63,990 nucleotides of DNA, filler included, from Octopus bimaculoides (GCF_001194135.2; 6 parts of 6 records of this genome joined end to end with filler, not necessarily neighbours in it); one strand, 5' to 3'; positions 27,545 through 41,015 are shown, counted from the whole stretch's first letter. A program made the numbers and translations. Notes: generated by a model not told the origin, from the sequence alone.

Positions 27545-27813
27545 TCTCTTACTCTCTTTTACTTGTTTCAGTCTTTTGACTGCGGCCATGCTGGAGCACC
27601 GCCCTCAGTCGAGCAAATCGACCCCAGGACTTATTCTTTGTAAGCCTAGTACTTATTCTATCGGTCTCTTTTTGCCGAACCGCTAAGTTACGGGAACGTA
27701 AACACACCAGCATCGGTTGTCAAGCGATGGTGGGGGGACAAACACAGACACACACACATACATATATATATACATATATACGACGGGCTTCTTTCAGTTT
27801 CCGCCTACTAAAA
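27545..27813 (-). mobile_element. SINE family B (3' part, head in gap)
   Basis: Reverse complement of the 44712-45119 copy. Confidence 0.88.
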
Positions 27814-28650
27814 NNNNNNNNNNNNNNNNNNNNNNNNNNNNNNNNNNNNNNNNNNNNNNNNNNNNNNNNNNNNNNNNNNNNNNNNNNNNNNNNNNNNNNN
27901 NNNNNNNNNNNNNNNNNNNNNNNNNNNNNNNNNNNNNNNNNNNNNNNNNNNNNNNNNNNNNNNNNNNNNNNNNNNNNNNNNNNNNNNNNNNNNNNNNNNN
28001 NNNNNNNNNNNNNNNNNNNNNNNNNNNNNNNNNNNNNNNNNNNNNNNNNNNNNNNNNNNNNNNNNNNNNNNNNNNNNNNNNNNNNNNNNNNNNNNNNNNN
28101 NNNNNNNNNNNNNNNNNNNNNNNNNNNNNNNNNNNNNNNNNNNNNNNNNNNNNNNNNNNNNNNNNNNNNNNNNNNNNNNNNNNNNNNNNNNNNNNNNNNN
28201 NNNNNNNNNNNNNNNNNNNNNNNNNNNNNNNNNNNNNNNNNNNNNNNNNNNNNNNNNNNNNNNNNNNNNNNNNNNNNNNNNNNNNNNNNNNNNNNNNNNN
28301 NNNNNNNNNNNNNNNNNNNNNNNNNNNNNNNNNNNNNNNNNNNNNNNNNNNNNNNNNNNNNNNNNNNNNNNNNNNNNNNNNNNNNNNNNNNNNNNNNNNN
28401 NNNNNNNNNNNNNNNNNNNNNNNNNNNNNNNNNNNNNNNNNNNNNNNNNNNNNNNNNNNNNNNNNNNNNNNNNNNNNNNNNNNNNNNNNNNNNNNNNNNN
28501 NNNNNNNNNNNNNNNNNNNNNNNNNNNNNNNNNNNNNNNNNNNNNNNNNNNNNNNNNNNNNNNNNNNNNNNNNNNNNNNNNNNNNNNNNNNNNNNNNNNN
28601 NNNNNNNNNNNNNNNNNNNNNNNNNNNNNNNNNNNNNNNNNNNNNNNNNN

Positions 28651-28691
<41 letters not shown>

Positions 28692-28787
28692 ATATATATA
28701 AATCTATATATACATATTTATAGACAGACAGACAGACAGACAGATAGACAGATAAAAAGGCAGACAAATAGATTCGTAAATGAAAAC

Positions 28788-28820
<33 letters not shown>

Positions 28821-30087
28821 CAAAGATACATAGGAATATGTACCTACATATGCATATTTAAATACTAATAATTATTTGTATATGTACATATTTGTGTGCG
28901 TGTGCGCGCGTCTATGTACATATTCATATACTGATGTATGTATATATGTATACTTATACATATGCATACATGTTCGTACTTGAGCATATTCCTATGTATA
29001 TATGAGTTCGTATCTAAGTATAATCCATGTGCTGATACCCGTACGCTCTAAGACAAACACAAACGCCCACTCATGCACACATATACCCCATACACTTATT
29101 CATTCGTTGGATTTCCAGCCATAGAAATATTCATGTTATGCATACATACATGCATACAGACAAATATACAGACAAGCATGCATACGTAATACGTATATAT
29201 ACTTATACGTCTAAGATATGTATATGTACATATATACATCTCTCTGCATACGATGACGTTCATGCATGCGCACACATACATACTCTCGCATGCATACATA
29301 CACACACACCCGTAACCATACATATCTACAGACATATATATACATACAGACAGACATACATAATACATACATGCCTACATACGTACATACACATGCATGC
29401 ATATATATTTATATTTATAACTTCCCTTGGCAAACAGGACACAGTCGTGTGTCGATAAGCCAGCTGGAGGAGATGTCCTCCTGGGGCTAAAAGCAACAGT
29501 AACATCCACCCCTAGGGGTCAGCCACACTTAAGTGGCAATATACTACACTTTATCGTGCAGTTACTGTTAATACTTCATTTAGAGAATTAACATTGCTTA
29601 TATATATATATATATATATATACGTACTTACAGGCATACGTATATGGATACATTCCTTCATACATACATATAAACAAACACATAATGCATGCTCAACATA
29701 TATACATGCACCCGCACGCATACATACTTACAAACATAAGTTTATGCATAAATTCCTTCATACATACATACATACATACATACATACATACATACATACA
29801 AGCAAATACGCACACATCATGCATGCTCAATATATATACATACCCAGGCATGCATACCCACTTACAAACATTCAAACATATATACACATATGCATACATG
29901 CATGCACACATACATACATACAAACACACATACACACACGTATGTAAACACCCACAAACACAGCCACACGCACACGAAGACACGCAAAAATATACATACA
30001 CATGTATGCAAACGTACGCACAAGAACACACACATATATACCACACACGCGCACACGCATATATGTATATGTATATATATATATAAT

Positions 30088-30119
<32 letters not shown>

Positions 30120-30163
30120 NNNNNNNNNNNNNNNNNNNNNNNNNNNNNNNNNNNNNNNNNNNN

Positions 30164-30175
30164 TTAATTAATTAA
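30164..30175. other. assembly linker TTAATTAATTAA in 100-bp N gap
   Basis: N44+TTAATTAATTAA+N44; the identical structure recurs at 51773, 53765, 58568 and 61864. Confidence 0.95.
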
Positions 30176-30219
30176 NNNNNNNNNNNNNNNNNNNNNNNNN
30201 NNNNNNNNNNNNNNNNNNN

Positions 30220-31865
30220 CTCCAAACAAAAGAGGGACTTGTGAAAACGAAAGCCATCCCCATTAGAAGAGGAATATTCCAGGGAGACACGCTCTCTCCA
30301 CTCCTGTTCTGCTTGGCACTCACACTTTTAACTGACTTGCTAAATAGAACTGGATGCGGATACAAATGCTACGGCAAAACATCAGCCACCTTTTATATAT
30401 GGATGACCTAAAATTATACGCTAGAAATGATAAAGAGCTGGAAACACTACTACAGACAATACATGGATTTATCAAAGAAATAGATATGAAATTCGGATTA
30501 CAAAAATGTGCCAAAGCAACCCTGAAAAGAGGAAAACTAGTTAAGAGTAGCAACATCACACTAGATAAAGCCAATGAAATAAGAGAATTAAACCAAAGCC
30601 AGTCATACAAATATTTAGGAATCAATGAACTAGATAGGATACAACACACCCAACTGAAAGAGAAAATAAAGAAAGAATACTATAGACGAGTTAGATCAAT
30701 ACTAAAAACAGAGCTCAATGCTAAAAACAAGATAATAGGTATTAACACTTTAGCCGTCCCATTTATAAGTTACAGCTACAATATCCTTAACTGGACTCTA
30801 AACGAACTATCTAAAATAGACAGAAAAACAAGAAAAATAATGACAGGATATAGGATGCACCACCTAGAATCTGACATAGAAAGGCTATATATGCAACGTA
30901 CAGAATGTGGTAGGGGTCTTATACAGCTGGAAAACTATTATAAAATAACCACCATAGGACTGCAAAAATACCTACTTCAGAAGCAAGGAAAACTAATACA
31001 AATAGCCACAAAACACGAGAAAAACAAAAAAGCTGTTTTCAGTATTTAAGGAAGCTGACAAATACAAACAAGAAATCATACTACCTAATAAATGCGAAGA
31101 AGAAGAAACAAAAAAAGCTATAAAACAAATGAAATCCAAACTAAAACTAGAACAGCAACGGACCATGATAAAACGATGGCAAGAAAAGCCCCCACATGGT
31201 AAATACTGGGCTACACTAAATGCAAAAGGAATAGACAGAGAAAAATCCCAGCAATGGTTGAGAAGCTCAGGACTCAAAGCAGAGACTGAAGGATTTTTAA
31301 TTGCTGCACAAGACCAAAGCCTCCCCACCAGAAATTACCAAAAACATATAATGAAAAGAAACATAACTAACTGCAGAATATGTGGCGATGGACAAGAAAC
31401 AATAAATCATGTTATCTCTAGCTGCTCAGTCCTGGCTAAGAAGGAATATATTCACAGACACGACAGAGCTGGGACCTATATACACTGGAATCTATGCCAA
31501 CATTATAGAATAACAACAGAAAAAAGATGGTATAAACACACGCCAGAAAAGGTCACAGAAAACGAGAAAGCAACCATACTCTGGGATATGCCAATACACA
31601 CAGATAGAGAAATTAAGGCCAATAGGCCAGATATAGTTGTCAAAGGTATGGAGGAAAAAATGCTTTCTAATTGATGTATCAATATCAGCAGGTCGCGCAC
31701 ACATGGTTGTGATGCATGTGCCTGGTGTACCCTTATGGGACGGGTAGTCATGATGGGTATACTGGGCTTCGTATATTTTACCCTAGTGTCACTTTGATGG
31801 CATGCACTGCTCTCTCACTCAATAATCATAATGATAATAATAATAATAATAATAATAATAATTTT
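30220..31865 (+). mobile_element. R4/Dong-clade non-LTR retrotransposon, 3' half (RT, CCHC finger, REL endonuclease), frameshifted
   Basis: RGIFQGDTLSPLLF, HLLYMDDLKLYA, YKYLGI, CRICGDGQETINHVISSC, RHD and NRPDIVV...LIDV motifs; the endonuclease end is deleted; 3' UTR then (AAT)n tail. Confidence 0.92.
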
Positions 31866-31869
31866 CTCT

Positions 31870-32290
31870 ACTATAGAAACAAGGCCTGGATTTTGTGGGG
31901 TGGAGGACTGTCTATAACATCGATCCCAGTACTCAACTGGTACTTGATTTATCGACCCTCAGAGGACCTAGGCGAAATTTGAACTCAGAACGTAGCGGCA
32001 GACAAAATACTGCTAAGCATTTCCCCTGGCGTGCTAACAATTGTGCCTGCACGCCGCCTTAGTAATAATGATAATAATAATGATTTCAAACTTTTGCCAC
32101 AAGAGCAGCTTGAAGGAGGGGATAAGTCGATTACATCGTCCCCAGTGCGTAACTGGTACTTATTTAATCGATCCCGAAATGAGGAAAGGCGAAGTCGACC
32201 TCGGCGGAATGTGAACTCAGAATGTAGTGGCAAACGAAATACCACTAAACATTTAGCCCAGACTAATAACGATTCTGCCATCTCACCGCC

Positions 32291-32292
<2 letters not shown>
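31870..32292 (-). mobile_element. two tandem SINE family A copies
   Basis: Minus-strand family A copies at ~31870-32060 and ~32085-32292. Confidence 0.85.
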
Positions 32293-32370
<78 letters not shown>

Positions 32371-32390
32371 TATTATTATTATTATTATAT

Positions 32391-32926
32391 TAAATGCCCT
32401 GATGCAGTACCAGGCAGTGTCTCTCTTGGCTTCTGAGCTTAGCTGATTGGAAGTGTTATCATGTGCATTATTTTGTCTTCGTATAAAAGATGGGCTACAG
32501 CAAATATTCTACTTAACAACACAGATTTGCTTGTAAGTTGTTTGACTTTAACCAGTTGAGCATGTCCGTTAGTGGCTGACGATATATGCATCTCCGAATA
32601 GGAACAGAAGTATTTGGGGAGCATCATAGCCATGTGTTGAGAGGAATTCTTTGGGGTTTGGCTAATTCACCTTTGGAAACATGAGTGTTTTGTTCAACAT
32701 CCTTAAACAATCCTTATTCAGGGACCTTTCGAGCGGGATGGGCTACTCGATCTGAAGAAAATTCTAACTGGGCCCCTCCTGCGAGGTCATGCGCTGTTTA
32801 TCTTGATATGAGATCACCATGTCACGCACATATAGTTGTGATGCATGTGCCTGGCGTACCTTTATCAGACAGGTAGTCATAATGGGTATAATGGGCTTCG
32901 TATATTTTACCCCAGTGTCACTTTGA
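32391..32926 (+). mobile_element. longer 3' UTR-type fragment of the same R4/Dong-like family
   Basis: 32820-32926 matches the 3' UTR at 31695-31800; preceded by a (TAA)n/(TTA)n run. Confidence 0.7.
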
Positions 32927-32949
32927 TGACACTGGGGTAAAATATACTT

Positions 32950-34608
32950 AATAATAATAAAACTTTCTTTATTGGTCATAATGACCGAGCTCAAAACATA
33001 ATGGACAATACACAGACGAGGAACAGTGATGTTATACATGTAGACCACAAAACAACAATTAACAAGGAAAATTACCCAGCAACATATAATTCTCCAATAG
33101 GAGGAAATCCATCGAGAGGTGACCAAAGCAACTTCACCCACTTTGGGCCCCTAACATCAAGTCACCTCAGGTATGCACCCCTCTCCTCCTCACTTCATCC
33201 GGCCTACAGGCGCACACTTAGAGTAGGCTCATTCACACGGGCCATCCTTGCTACATTCACCCACCTTTGGACAAAGTTACTGGGTGACAGCATCTCCTTC
33301 TCCAGTCTCACCTTCCTTTTCAGGTGGAACCTGAAATGAGAAGACACTGTACTAGTGCATGCAGAACGGTTTCCTCGCTCCGCAAGCACCTCGGACAAGA
33401 CCGTTTGACTGCACATCCGTGCCTGTAGAGCTTATCACGAACCGGCAGCGCCCCAGCATTGCCAGGCCAGAGATTTCTGCAAATTATTCATAAGCCCCGG
33501 CTCGAAAGTCCTCCAGAAGAGACCAGCCAGTTGATCGCTCTCAGCGCTCGAGATCGTCGTCGCTCTTGCCCTCAACTAATCCCCTATAGAACTCCAAGGT
33601 GGAACTTCCACCGACCGCATTGCCCGACTGGTCGAGGGATGTGGGCGCTTGGAGACACACTAGGTGCCAAGCTCCCTGTCTCGGTCTACGCCTGGTCCAG
33701 GACTTTAGCTCCGTCAAGGAGACGAGCTGCGGAAAAGCGAGTCTAACAAACGGTAACCACACCTGCTCACCGCTAAGGTATCGCTGGAGATGTCGCAGCA
33801 TCAGCACATGTTTGCGCATCATCAGTCACGGCATGCCCAGTCATCCACGCAACGGGTGCTGACAGCAAATGGACCGTCTGACAAGTGGTATCCTTCCATT
33901 TCATAAGAAACCGAAGAGCAAGCGCACCAGCCTGTTCAGCCACGAAGTGGGGCAAGGGACGACAGTCAGGCGGTAGTATATGACGGATGCGATGTACGCA
34001 TTTTCCACCTCCACCCGACCTTCCAAGGACAGTTCCTCTCGGCCCATTTCTGGGTGAGACTGGCCACCCTGTCTGTACCTCTTCCCAGTCTGTACCTCTT
34101 CCCAGTCGAAAGTCTTCGATATAGTGGACCATCGGTACTTTCAGGCTGTCCAAATGCGGCTGGCTTCGCGCCCGTTTTCAGAGGCTGGATCACTGAAATG
34201 TACTGCGACATCTGTTCTGTCGTCAAAGTAAATGGTCACTTGTCGTAATCGTTTAGCATCACCTGTTCGGTCCGTCAAGGATGCCCACTCTCACCCCTTC
34301 TCTACGTACTGGCGCTTGAGCCATTACTGAAAGTACCGATGGTCCACTTGGACGTCTAAACCAAACCAGGCCTCAAGCAACTTAACCGGTACTTCCGTCC
34401 AGCGCCCCACAACGCTATCAGTTGCCATGGACCTGCACAGGTGCCGAACTGAAGGCCCACTGATTTCTCCTGTCACCGCTTCGTGTTCCCTTAGAGTAGT
34501 GCCGACCATCTCTATTTCAGAGACATCCGGCACTATCACGGTGACATCGTCCGCATCTGCTGACACACCTCTTTCGCATCTTAGCTCACACGGGATGCCC
34601 CTCGAAAC
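32950..34608 (-). mobile_element. L1/Tx1-clade LINE ORF2 3' part, decayed and internally rearranged
   Basis: Minus strand has (Y)ADDVTVIV, WEEV..RVASLTQKWAER and MMRKHVLMLRHLQRYL, with AATAAA and an ATT tail near 32950-32973. An inverted RT piece (QGCPLSPLLYVLALE) lies on the plus strand at ~34105-34329. Confidence 0.88.
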
Positions 34609-35571
34609 NNNNNNNNNNNNNNNNNNNNNNNNNNNNNNNNNNNNNNNNNNNNNNNNNNNNNNNNNNNNNNNNNNNNNNNNNNNNNNNNNNNNNNNNNNNN
34701 NNNNNNNNNNNNNNNNNNNNNNNNNNNNNNNNNNNNNNNNNNNNNNNNNNNNNNNNNNNNNNNNNNNNNNNNNNNNNNNNNNNNNNNNNNNNNNNNNNNN
34801 NNNNNNNNNNNNNNNNNNNNNNNNNNNNNNNNNNNNNNNNNNNNNNNNNNNNNNNNNNNNNNNNNNNNNNNNNNNNNNNNNNNNNNNNNNNNNNNNNNNN
34901 NNNNNNNNNNNNNNNNNNNNNNNNNNNNNNNNNNNNNNNNNNNNNNNNNNNNNNNNNNNNNNNNNNNNNNNNNNNNNNNNNNNNNNNNNNNNNNNNNNNN
35001 NNNNNNNNNNNNNNNNNNNNNNNNNNNNNNNNNNNNNNNNNNNNNNNNNNNNNNNNNNNNNNNNNNNNNNNNNNNNNNNNNNNNNNNNNNNNNNNNNNNN
35101 NNNNNNNNNNNNNNNNNNNNNNNNNNNNNNNNNNNNNNNNNNNNNNNNNNNNNNNNNNNNNNNNNNNNNNNNNNNNNNNNNNNNNNNNNNNNNNNNNNNN
35201 NNNNNNNNNNNNNNNNNNNNNNNNNNNNNNNNNNNNNNNNNNNNNNNNNNNNNNNNNNNNNNNNNNNNNNNNNNNNNNNNNNNNNNNNNNNNNNNNNNNN
35301 NNNNNNNNNNNNNNNNNNNNNNNNNNNNNNNNNNNNNNNNNNNNNNNNNNNNNNNNNNNNNNNNNNNNNNNNNNNNNNNNNNNNNNNNNNNNNNNNNNNN
35401 NNNNNNNNNNNNNNNNNNNNNNNNNNNNNNNNNNNNNNNNNNNNNNNNNNNNNNNNNNNNNNNNNNNNNNNNNNNNNNNNNNNNNNNNNNNNNNNNNNNN
35501 NNNNNNNNNNNNNNNNNNNNNNNNNNNNNNNNNNNNNNNNNNNNNNNNNNNNNNNNNNNNNNNNNNNNNNN

Positions 35572-37100
35572 NGGGGGGGGGGGTTTCTTCAGCAGTTCCT
35601 TGTAATATCTGATATTGAGGTCTTTTTTGAAACTGGGGATATCTAGATTTTAAAATTTTGTAGTCACTTTGAGTAACTTCGAATATTTTTATGTGTGCCG
35701 GTATATTTTTGGTTGGTGTGACATAATAATTGGATTCATTAATATCCATGTGTTTGTGGAAGTGTTCTATTAATTCGTTATTTTTTGTGATTATGATCAT
35801 TTGGTGGAATGTAGTCCATCTGTTGTGTATGTAGGCTATGTTTTGTTTGTGATGGTTGTTGGGGGTAGTGGCGAGAATGATGTTATTGTTGCCTGTGTGT
35901 GTGTGTAGGTGGGTTTATGCATGGTGTGCTGTTGTTACTGTTCGTTCCCTCCTCCATTTTCTCGTACCTGCCTTTTTTTCTGGTTATCGTTTGTGCTCTC
36001 CCGTCTTTTCCTTCCTTTTCGTGTAACTGTTTGCAATGCCTGTCCTTCCTTATTTCCGTCGTTTTCGTTGTACGAATAGGGGAGGGGTATTTCTTCCGCA
36101 GGTATTTGTTTTACTGTTGGCGTTGTTAATGGTGCTGCCATTATTTTTGGTGGGGAGTTCCCTGTCGCTGCCGTTGTTGTTGCTGTTTGTGATGTGGTTG
36201 TAGCTGCTGCTGGTGTGGATTCTGCTTGACGTTGTGCAGTTGTTTCCACTCCTGTCGTTGCTGTAGCTACAGCTGCTGCCGGCGCTATAGTGGTTTTTGT
36301 GGATGCTGTTGTGTCCAGTTGTCTCTATTGGCACTGTTGTTGCTGTTTCTGCTGCCCTTGTTGTGGTGTCTGTTGTAGTTGTAGTGGTGTTAATGGTTGC
36401 TGCGGCTCATCCCCCCCTCTCCTTCTTTTCTTCGGACAATAGACTCTGATGGGATCTGAATCACCACAGAAGTAACATCGCGGCCTTCTTCCTTCCACAA
36501 TCACCTGCAGATGCCTCCAGGGATTTCTATTAGGTCGGGAATTTTCTCTACAGATTATGGTTTTACTTGCAGTAGAATTTCCAACCTTAGTTCTCCTTTT
36601 GGATTTTTGGATTTCTAGGAGGTTTCTTTGATCTTCCAGCACCACGGCTTTCACTACCCACCAGAAATCGATTTCTGGTGGAACGTTACTTATTTTTATT
36701 CGGATCACTCTCTGTCCCAGATAGATGGAAATTAAAGTGAACTCCTCCGTTTTCAATAGGACAGTTTAGTGTTTTTGTGCCAGTGATTCCGACTGGAATA
36801 CGATCTTGTTGTAGCCGCACTTTGGGGCGTGGCAGACAAAGCAGACATCCCCCATATATTTTTCAGGCAGAGCTCGGCTTGGTCTGATGGTATTCTTTCC
36901 AGTCTTCTTCTTTTCATGGACAGACATCTGTACATGATTGTTTTTTTACGGTTGCTCTAGCAGGCTTTGAGGCGCATTTAGTGTAGCCTTTCGTTCTTCA
37001 CGCCTTATAACCCTCTCAGCTTCCTTTAGATGTTCTTTCTTACCCTTTAAACACTTAATTTAAAGCTTTTTTGTAACTTTTGCAAAAGAAACGTTATTTC
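35572..37100 (-). mobile_element. LINE ORF1-like region with zinc knuckle (decayed)
   Basis: ORF 36325-36756: RVIRIKISNVPPEI...LQVIVEGRRPRCYFCGDSDPIRVYC (CX2CX4[H>P]X4C), followed by a T/Q-rich low-complexity region; frameshifted. Confidence 0.65.
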
Positions 37101-38414
37101 TATTTGAACCTTCTCTTTCTTTGTTCGAAATTTTACTGATTTGTGGTGGTGGTGGTAATATTTTCCTTGCACAATTGGCTGCTGCTAGGTATATTTTGTG
37201 CTTCCTTGATCGAATTCTCATTATTCCTGACACTTCCACTGTAGTTGTTGTTGTTGTCATTGCTGTTGCCACTCCTGCAGCTACTGCCACTATCATTTAT
37301 ATCTACAGTGAGTGGGGGCGAGTAACGGTAGAAGACAATTTCATGTTCTACATTTCCCACTTCCCTCTCGCTGACAAAGACGACGACACCATATTAAATT
37401 TTGCAAATTTTGTAAGGAAAATTAATTTTCTTTTCGAGTGATTTTTGCCCCGCAGGGCAAAAAAAAAAAAAAGAGCAATGTTAATCAGACCAGTATTGTC
37501 TAGATTAACTTAGTCACAATTTATAATAACAAAATATAACAATAACAATCTTTTTAGAGGCACACACTTACGGAGCTCTGAAAGACTCGTCCCGCTCTGA
37601 CGACAACAACAACAACAACAACCATAATAATAATAATAATAATAATAATGATAATAATAATAATAAAACATAGTAATTAGTTTATGAAAATGTTTCCCTC
37701 TGAAGAAAAACTTCGGAAGTAAATATTTTGTGAATACTACTTTTATTGAATTCAGTTTTTCCATTAAAGCCAAAACTATTTATTTACAAAGGGAAAAAAT
37801 CATATATTTTAGACATGTGAGTTGCTAGACTGACTTGATAGGAAATATGACGGAAACGTTGAAACAGTAAATCTGTATCCATTTTGGCTTGCTTATTTAA
37901 TATTTGTAAATCGCTTGTATTTTGGCCTTATCTAATATTTGTTAATCCCGGTCTATGTTGACTTTCTTATCTGATATTGGTTTAATTCTTTTTGGACATA
38001 ATTATAAAATGTTATTTTGCTTTCAGTTCGTAGCTTTTCTTCTTTGTATGTCTTATAGATGTCTCATGAACTGTCAGCCAGTATCAGGTAAAATATCTGC
38101 TGTGAGTACAAATATCTAATGTGGCTGTCTATAAAGTATCGGCAGTTTGTTCTTTAAAATCTCTCCTTGCCTACATAAGAAATCTTATTTAGCTGTCATA
38201 TACAATAGGATGAATATGTAAAATTATAATATATCATGGGTAATATTGTATGTGACAACTAAAAGTATAAAGTTTGCACCAACTGACTCACTGTTATATA
38301 ACTGGTGTATGGAGTCTCTTCTAATTGTAGAAAACCTGGTAGTACTTAGGTGACGTAAGCCATAACTGTCCCACAATATTACATGAAAAGGCAGCTAACT
38401 GCTGCATTTCTGCC

Positions 38415-38503
38415 GATAATTCCACTCTTTGAAGTTTCAATTTGATAATTCCACTCTTTGGCGTTACAATTTGATAATTCCACTCTTTGGCGTTACAATT
38501 TGA
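38415..38503. repeat. 29-bp tandem repeat x3
   Basis: GATAATTCCACTCTTTG(AA/GC)GTT(T/A)CAATTT at 38415, 38444 and 38473. Confidence 0.9.
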
Positions 38504-39532
38504 AACTTATTATAATAATTTGTCCAAATGATTTCTTTTAGATTAGTTCTTTGTTCATTGTTCTTTGTTCCACACCTAAAGTTGCTCAGAGAACACACTA
38601 ACTCTTGAAAAATTACACTTATTCAGCAGCCATACACCCATAGACACGCACACATATATGCACATACCTCACGCACACATACATATGCATACACCACACG
38701 CACGCACAGCATACAAACACTCACACTCATCAGGCGATACAAGGGCGTATGCGCACTGAGATCGTTTTCTCACCTCCTTTACACTTATACACAAAGGTGA
38801 ATACATACTATGCTTATGTTCCTATTTTCTCTTTTCATTTTCATGGACATATAACGCAAATCGTGTTTGTAAATTATATTGCCGGGAATCACTCACAATA
38901 TAGCACCTGAACGAGGCTGCATTACTTAATCGATTCTCTAACATAATCCCTTGCTGACACAAATTCTATAGGACCTTTGCTCATTATGTAAAATAATTAT
39001 AACTTTTCATCTCAGCTAAAATTCTCTTTTCCCACAGAACTTTATTCTCTTACTACCTCCACTCCCTTACATCGGCGCTTAATTTTCCCACGCCTCTCTG
39101 TCCATTGCCCCTTGCACACACATCCCGTGAGGTTGAATGACAACACTATCTATTCAACCAGTTATTTACCTTATCTTCTTTATATCTGGTTATTGTCAAC
39201 GTGTATCTCGCCTCTTAATCCCACCTTCTGTTTCACTATTTCCTTCCGCTTCATCCAAGTCCTACTCCTTTCTCTTCTCTTTAAACGTCTCTATTTGTGA
39301 ACACTACCAGACAACTCGCATTTATCTCTCTACTCTTGAAAAAGGAAAGCTAACTTTAATTATTTCATCTGGATTTATCGCTGATTGCACACTTATGACA
39401 CCATGTACAAATTACTTGCGAATATGGTTATTACTCAAGTTATGGCTAGTTGAAATATCTGTTGAGATAAGACTTTACATAAATTTTTCTATAGTTTTAT
39501 AATCTATATTTTGTGTCACAAGCCTATCTGTA

Positions 39533-39538
39533 TTTATT
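39533..39538 (-). promoter_or_regulatory. candidate polyadenylation signal of the MAM gene
   Basis: AATAAA on the minus strand ~400 nt downstream of the TGA at 39932; positional inference only. Confidence 0.3.
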
Positions 39539-39931
39539 TGACTTGCTACCTCAATAGACATATACTTATGGAGTCTATAATAATTGGATGCACACTTTGC
39601 TTTTCCTGTCTCTCTCACTCTCTCTCAATATCCCTTTCTTTCTCGGTTTATTCTCCTCTTTTATACACATATACACATATGTAGGCACAAAATCGCACGC
39701 GTGCTCTATCTATGTTTTCCTTATCTCAAGTCTTTTGTTCAGTTTATGTTGCTTCTTCCCCCATTTTTCTCTGTCACCTATGTCAACCCGCAACTGCTAT
39801 TAAAAACTGCAATGATTTATCCATTTCACCCCCTTCTCCCTCTCTTCCTCTATTTAACTTTCTCTCCCACTCACTTACCCTCTATATCCTTACACTCTCT
39901 CTCACCTACTCCCATTCATCATCATCTAATG

Positions 39932-40015
39932 TCAGCAAGGTCCTCGAGTAAGTACGGTATCATCAATGGCGATGTCACTTCGATAAGATTCTCCGACCAC
40001 ACCGGCAATAATCAA
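39932..40015 (-). CDS. terminal coding exon of MAM-domain protein (LIIAGVVGESYRSDIAIDDTVLTRGPC*)
   Basis: Acceptor ttctttgttacag with a phase-0 start matching the upstream donor. GxSYxSDIAIDD...GPC is the canonical MAM C-terminal strand, followed by TGA. Confidence 0.9.
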   Translation of the reverse strand: MIIAGVVGESYRSDIAIDDTVLTRGPC

Positions 40016-40297
40016 CTGTAACAAAGAAGAAAAACAAACTACAACAGTTAGTACAGTTAAATTATTGCAAATTTGTACATGTTGTTAATGTGAGGCAATA
40101 TTTTCTCAACATTGAAGAAAGCAAAAATTCCAAACCGGCATAATTTCATTGAAGTGGAGAAAGAAACTATTGGGTCACTAGAAAAGAAATCGATATAACG
40201 GGTTTTGTGCAAAAATCGAAAATGCCCAGTCTCGATGACAATGATAATAAAGATGTCTATCATTGGTACAAGGCCAGACATTTTAGATGATCTATGT

Positions 40298-40484
40298 CAG
40301 TGCACCGCAACCTTTTCTCACTTGCGGTACACTTATATTTCTTTTAAAATTCGGCGGCACACCTGAACTAAAAATATGACTAAAAGCGTAGGGAAAAAAA
40401 TTTATATTCAGGTTACACTGTGGCACACCTAGCATCGTTTTGTGACACACCAGTGTGATGCGGCATGCCGGTTGCGGAGCATTC
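40298..40484. mobile_element. hAT (Charlie-type) MITE
   Basis: Imperfect TIRs CAGTGCACCGCAACC / GGTTGCGGAGCATTC; 8-bp TSD ATCTATGT / ATCTATAT (7/8 match). Confidence 0.75.
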
Positions 40485-40657
40485 ATCTATATATTCAATT
40501 AAATTCACTCTTGTATTTGATTAGGACTTCACCCCGACGGGATTTGAATTCAAACCGTAAATATAGGTAACTATATATCACTAGGATGAAAAGTAAAGTG
40601 GAAACTAATAGACTTTGTATTCAGAACTACAACCATCACCACTGGCACTTCCACCGA

Positions 40658-40722
<65 letters not shown>

Positions 40723-41015
40723 TGAAAATAACCACGCACACATACAAACATTGAGTTCCTTGCCTGAAGGTCGCAGTGACGTGAAACTTGAGTCGTGAGA
40801 TAAACATTCAGTTTCAATACACCGTATACTCCAAACATGTATTGACCACTCCCATTGATTTCGTATAATTTAACGTCCATGTGTGTACAAGCGCTTGTTC
40901 TTCTGTCTTGTACGTATTTGTTTGTGTGTGATTTATGTCTGTATGTGTGTGTGCGTCTGTGTGTGTAGGTAAACTGTACTTAATGCAGCTATTTTCCAGA
41001 TAACGAGAACTCAAC

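Noticed and set aside
5026-35800. Long ORFs of 200-470 aa in the supplied track
   Set aside because: They run through N gaps or simple repeats and carry no coding signal.
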